From NCBI RefSeq assembly GCF_963921235.1, contig NC_086108.1, positions 10,416,001 to 10,480,000 on the forward strand: a stretch of 64,000 bases of DNA. The letters are read 5' to 3'. The notes under the pieces are model-generated. The model had not been told where the DNA came from, did no database searches, and worked only from the letters and a program-made list of their open reading frames with translations. The translations under genes and the position numbers were made by a program. This document shows positions 58,771 through 64,000 of the stretch, piece by piece. Source of the stretch: Mobula hypostoma. Taxonomy: Eukaryota. How positions within the stretch are numbered: position 1 is the first letter of the stretch; each line of letters starts with the position of its first letter.

Positions 58771-60420
58771 GTGTGCGCAGTCACAATTACGACAGAGAAA
58801 GTACTCAGGAAGCTGAATAGGGTAAAGGTCGATAAATCTCCTGGACCAGATGGAATGCACCCTCGTGTTCTGAAGAAAGTAGCTGTGGAGATTGAGGAGG
58901 CATTAGCGATGATCTTTCAAAAGTTGATAGATTCTGGCATGGTTCCGGAAGACTGGAAGATTGCAAATGTCACTCCGCTATTTAAGAAGGGGGCAAGGAA
59001 GCAAAAAGGAATTTATAGACCTGTTAGCTTGACGTTGGTGGTTGGGAAGTTGTTGGAGTCGATTGTCAAGGATGAGGTTACAGAGTACCTGGAGGCATAT
59101 GACAAGATAGGCAGAACTCAGCACGGATTCCTTAAAGGAAAATCCTGCCTGACAAACCTATTACAATTTTTTGAGGAAATTACCAGTAGGCCAGACAAGG
59201 GAGATGCAGTGGATGTTGTATATTTGGATTTTCAGAAGGCCTTTGACAAGGTGCCACACATGAGGCTACTTAACAAGATAAGAGCCCATGGAATTACAGG
59301 AAAGTTACATACGTGGATAGAGCGTTGGCTGATTGGCAGGAAACAGAGAGTGGGAATAAAGGGATCCTATTCTGGTTGGCTGCCAGTTATCAGTGGTGTT
59401 CCACAGGGTCAGTGTTGGGGCCGCTTCTTTTTACATTGTACATCAACGATCTGGATTATGGAATAGATGGCTTTGTGGCTAAGTTTGCTGACGATACGAA
59501 GATAGGTGGAGGGGCCGGTAGTGCTGAGGAAACGGAGAGTCTGCAGAAAGACTTGGATAGATTGGAAGAATGGGCAGAGAAGTGGCAAATGAAGTACAAT
59601 GTTGGAAAGTGTATGGTTATGCATTTTGGCAGAAAAAATAAACGGGCAGACTATTATTTAAATGGGGAAAGAATTCAGAGTTCTGAGATGCAACGGGACT
59701 TGGGAGTCCTCGTACAGGATTCCCTTAAAGTTAACCTCCAGGTTGAGTCAGTAGTGAAGAAGAGGAATGCAATGTTGGCATTCATTTCTCGAGGAATAGA
59801 GTATAGGAGCAGGGATGTGATGTTGAGGCTCTATAAGGCGCTGGTGAGACCTCACTTGGAGTACTGTGGGCAATTTTGGTCTCCTTATTTAAGAAAGGAT
59901 ATGCTGATGTTGGAGAGGGTACAGAGAAGATTCACGAGAATGATTCCAGGAATGAGAGGGTTAACATATGAGGAACGTTTGTCCGCTCTTGGACTGTATT
60001 CCTTGGAGTTTAGAAGAATGAGGGGAGACCTCATAGAAACATTTTGAATGTTAAAAGGCATGGACAGAGTGGATGTGGCAAAGTTGTTTCCCATGATGCG
60101 GGAGTCTAGTACGAGAGGGCATGACTTCAGGATTGAAGGGCGCTCTTTCAGAACAGAAATGCGAAAAAATTTTTTTAGTCAGAGGGTGGTGAATCTATGG
60201 AATTTGTTGCCACGGGCAGCAGTGGAGGCCAAGTCATTGGGTGTATTTAAGCCAGAGATTGATAGGTATCTGAGTAGCCAGGGCATCAAAGGTTATGGTG
60301 AGAAGGCGGGACAGTGGGACTAAATAGGATAAAATGGATCAGCTCATGATAAAATGGCGGAGCAGACTCGATGGGCCGAATGGCCTACTTCTGCTCCTTT
60401 GTCTTATGGTCTTATGGTCT
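58771..60420 (+). mobile_element. Young 5'-truncated CR1 (RT to 3' end) inserted in an antisense CR1 tail
   Basis: ORFs 58771..59466, 59313..60047 (KFADDTKIGG) and 60048..60323; (CTTATGGT)2 tail; CTAAC duplication. Confidence 0.93.
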
Positions 60421-61064
60421 AACCTTACTAATCAAGAACCTATCAAACTCTGGTTTAATTACATGACTCTATGATAGATCACACATCCATTCCAACTTGG
60501 AAGTATTTCACTGTAATTGTTGCTGGGTAAGACAGAACGTATACAGAATGCAACCTGAAATTCTTACTCTTCACAGACATCTTCAAAACAGAAGAAACAA
60601 CAATGAATGAATGACAAAAAAGCCAGAACCCCAAAGCCCATCTCCCCCTCCCATGCAAAAGCAGTAGCAAAAACATCAACCCTCCCCCCTCCCTCTCACC
60701 CAATTGATTCTGGAAAAACACTGCTCCACCGCACCACTCCACCATGCAAGCAATAGCAAAGTTCCCAAAGAGACCATTGTCTAGAGTCCAATAAAACTAT
60801 AGTCCATCCCAACACTTTGGTATCTCAGATAGGCTCTCTCTCTTTCACTTGTTGCTCCTGCAACAACCAAGAGTGGGAGACCAGAAACTCACTGTTTTGA
60901 TGTCACTTCTCTGAGCCCCATGACTCAAGGACCGATGGGCTGTCACTCACTGTGTGGGGTATAAGATCAGCAAAATGGTCATGTATCTGCATGTGCTGAG
61001 TTTGAACACTGTGTTGTCATTGATTTATTCACTCAAGCAGGTGTGTATATCGTCCTTACACTCA

Positions 61065-61500
61065 GCATAAGACCATAAGATATAGGAGAAAAATTAGGAT
61101 ATTTGTTCCATCAAGTCCGCTCTGCCATTTTATCCTGGCTGATCTATTTTCCTCTCAGCCCCAGTCTCCTGCCTTTTCCCTGTATCCCTTCATGCCCTGA
61201 CTAACAAGAACCTATTAATCTCTGCCTTAAATATACCCATTGACTTGGCCTCCACAACCATCACAAATTCCAGAGATTCACCACCTTCTGACTAAAGAAA
61301 TTCCTCCTCATCTCCATTCTAAAAGGCTGCCCTAATATTCTGAGGCTATGTCCTCTGGTCCTAGACTGCTCCACCACAGGAAATGTCCTCTTCTTCCAAC
61401 ATTCGATAGGTTTCAATGAGATCCTCCCCTCATTCTTTTGAATTCCAGTGAGTACGGGATCAGAACCATCAAACATTCCTCATATGACAAGCCATTCGCT
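61065..61500 (-). mobile_element. CR1 3' fragment
   Basis: SRTRGHSLRI..MRRNFFSQKVVNLWN. Confidence 0.8.
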
Positions 61501-61749
61501 GAAGCAGATGTGTACAAGTTCCTTACACTCAGCAAGCACAAAACAAGCCCTTGCTGCACCATCTGTCCCAACATAGGAGCAAAACATCACTGTGGTGAAT
61601 TGGATCACCTCCCATACTGTGGCGGCCACCTCTTGCTGAAGGTAGACACCAATGATGAAAGTTGCAAACCCTCCAGCATGCCAGCACCAAGTTTGCCCAG
61701 CCAAAGAAAAGAGAGTTTGAATATCATGACTTCAATCCCAGCAATAATC

Positions 61750-62360
61750 TCATGGTCTATAGATGTGTAGTGGAGAGTGTATTAACTGGCTGCATCATGG
61801 CCTGGTATGGAAGCACCAATGCCTTTGAACGGAAAACCCTACAAAGGGAAGTGGATCCAACTCAGTCTGTCACAGGGAAATCCCTTCCAACCATTGAGCG
61901 TATCTAGATGAAACGCTGTCGTAGGAAAGCAGCATCCATCATCAGAGATCCTCACCATCTAGGTCATGCTCTTTTCTCACTGCTGCCATCAGGTAGAAGG
62001 AACAAAAGCCTCAGGACTCACACCACCAGGTTCATCAGCAGCTACTACCTCACAACTATCAGGCTCTTGAACAAAAGGGATAACTACACTCACTTGCCCA
62101 TCCATTGAGATGTTCCCATGTCCAAAGATCTCACTTTAAGGACTCTTTATCTTGTTATTTCATTTTCTCAATTATTACTGTTTATTTATATTTGCATTTG
62201 CACAGTTTGTTGTCTTCTGCACTCTGGCTGATCTTTCACTGGTCTTGTTATAGTTACTATTCTATAGATTTGCTGAGTATGCCCACAGGAATTTGAATCT
62301 CAGGCTTATATACAATATATACATATATGCACTTTGATAATAAAAATTACTTTGAACTTT
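61750..62360 (+). mobile_element. Rex1/Babar 3' fragment
   Basis: YRCVVESVLTGCIMAWYG; ASIIRDPHHLGHALFSLLPSGRR. Confidence 0.82.
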
Positions 62361-62859
62361 GGACGAACTGCATGTTTCAGAGATTTGGACTAAAAAATGA
62401 ATATCTCAAAGCACGTGGGGGTGCTTGCTGATTAGTAAAGGCTTCATAGATTATGGGGAGCAAGACAAGAGAACGGGGTTGAGGGGATCATGATCAAAGG
62501 ACAGAATAAACTTGATGCGCTGAATGGCCTAATTCTGCTCCCTTGTATTATGCTCTTATTGGTATCAATGCCAATCCCAGACAAAATTCATTTAAGCTGA
62601 GTGAGGGAAAGTCTAAGACAGGTGTCAGAGATAGATTCTTTTGGCACAGAGATTAGTGGCTGCTTGGGAGTCCACCGCCAATGTTGGTGGAAGAAGATGA
62701 TACATTAGGAATATTTAAAAGACTCTTATTTAGGCACACAGGTGCAAGAAAAGTGGAGGTTGTGGGGGAGGGAAGGGTTAGGTTGACTGTGGAGTCGGTT
62801 TATATAGGTCAGCATTACATCATGGGCCAAAGGGCCAGTATTGTGTTTTACTGTTCTAT

Positions 62860-63170
62860 ACTCTACGATCATTCTACTCTGAGGCTGGTCAGGAGAACAC
62901 CAGGAGGACAGAGAAAAAGCTTCAATGATGTTCTCAATGCGTCCTTCAAAAAACATAGCAGCCACTCTGAATCTTGACCACTCAACATGGAAAAGGAACA
63001 TTCGGTGGCACTGGAAACTTTTGAGTTTATCGATTGGGATGGGAGATCGATGAAAATGGCAGAATGAACAGACCACCAGCCGAAGTATCCATCCATGTGT
63101 TCCATCAGGCGACCCCGGAAGCACGAATGGGGGAGCTTGTGGAACCTACATTGTCATCAGAACCCCAGAT
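62860..63170 (+). mobile_element. Old RTE 3' fragment
   Basis: RRTPGGQRKSFNDVLNASFKK resembles the RTE/BovB C-terminus. Confidence 0.55.
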
Positions 63171-63439
63171 CCGTGGGAGATCACCACCATCTTCTGAAGA
63201 TGAACTGGAGAAAAGCTGTGAACAGCAGACCTTGCCAGCGACCCAAGATCCCAGTAATGAATTAGAAGAAATCTCACTGTGCTTTGAATAGAGCAAGCAA
63301 TCCCATAGAATTTGTTTTTGCAAATGGAATCTTCTCCCTTAGTGTTCAGCCTGCTTCTGCCTGCCTCTATGCATCTTTTCACAATACTCTCTCTGTCTCT
63401 GTCACCCCCACCCTCCTCCCTCTGGTTTCTCTTTCTTGC

Positions 63440-64000
63440 AGCCGCGCTAACGTAAGCCTCCCTCATTCATATGCATGAGACGCTGAGAGAGCTGCCGAGC
63501 TCGCCCTCCTCCAGCCCGCGTTTCTGTGCGCCCGTCCCGAAGCGGAGAATGCCTTCAGAATTGGCTGCTGGGAATCGGCAAACTGAGGGAGAGAGAGGCG
63601 GGCAGTGAAAGGGTTCGTCGCTCCCGACTCGGGCAGAGGATGTGGAGACTCTCACTTCCCAGATCGGAACGGATGTAGTCAGGATTAAGAGGAGGCGATC
63701 GGGAAAGGGGAGAGCTGCTGTTCCAGATGTTGCTGCAGCTGTGCGGTCTGCGGGTCTGTGACGGGCTCCGTGATAGGCAAACATCTGGCTAGCCCCCAGC
63801 CTCTGCAAGGACAGCGGGGTGAGTCTCTGGAGGGCAGTGAAGCGGGGTGTGAAGCCTGCCTGAGACCACACTGAGCTCTACTGAGCCTCGGGTACAGCCG
63901 CACCGCCAGTGAGGATGCCCCTAGTTCCCCTCCAGTTGATCGTAACCTTCCTGAGCGAGAGACTTTTCCGGGAGGCTCGGCAGACGGTCCGGGAAGCCCA
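63440..64000 (+). promoter_or_regulatory. CpG/GC-rich non-repeat region: probable host promoter or non-coding exon
   Basis: Sharp rise in CpG density with no TE motifs recognised; pyrimidine tract plus TTGCAG ending at 63441; donor G|GTGAGT at 63819. Confidence 0.5.

Overview
Eukaryotic, vertebrate-type, repeat-saturated DNA. No host protein-coding exon can be supported. The TE mix (abundant CR1 LINEs with esterase ORF1, Rex1/Babar, RTE, Penelope-like elements, V-SINEs, Chapaev3, Tf1/sushi chromovirus) suggests a cartilaginous fish; this is inference only. Main elements: (1) a full-length L1 with both ORFs open (33038-38946, 15-bp TSD) inside an old RTE, with an inverted copy of its 5' end in the inter-ORF spacer; (2) a tandem LTR-I-LTR-I-LTR mini-chromovirus (27069-30666) retaining only gag plus the integrase tail/chromodomain, with an 11-nt self-priming PBS and a chimeric middle LTR; (3) a five-level TE nest at 42986-48587, whose Penelope member ends in a minimal hammerhead ribozyme motif; (4) an unexplained inverted pair of ~450-bp elements with ~55-bp internal repeats (13610-14038 and 19478-19960); (5) a CpG-rich probable host promoter/exon at the right edge. 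All calls were made by eye from motifs and the ORF track. No database searches were run, and boundaries of old fragments are approximate.
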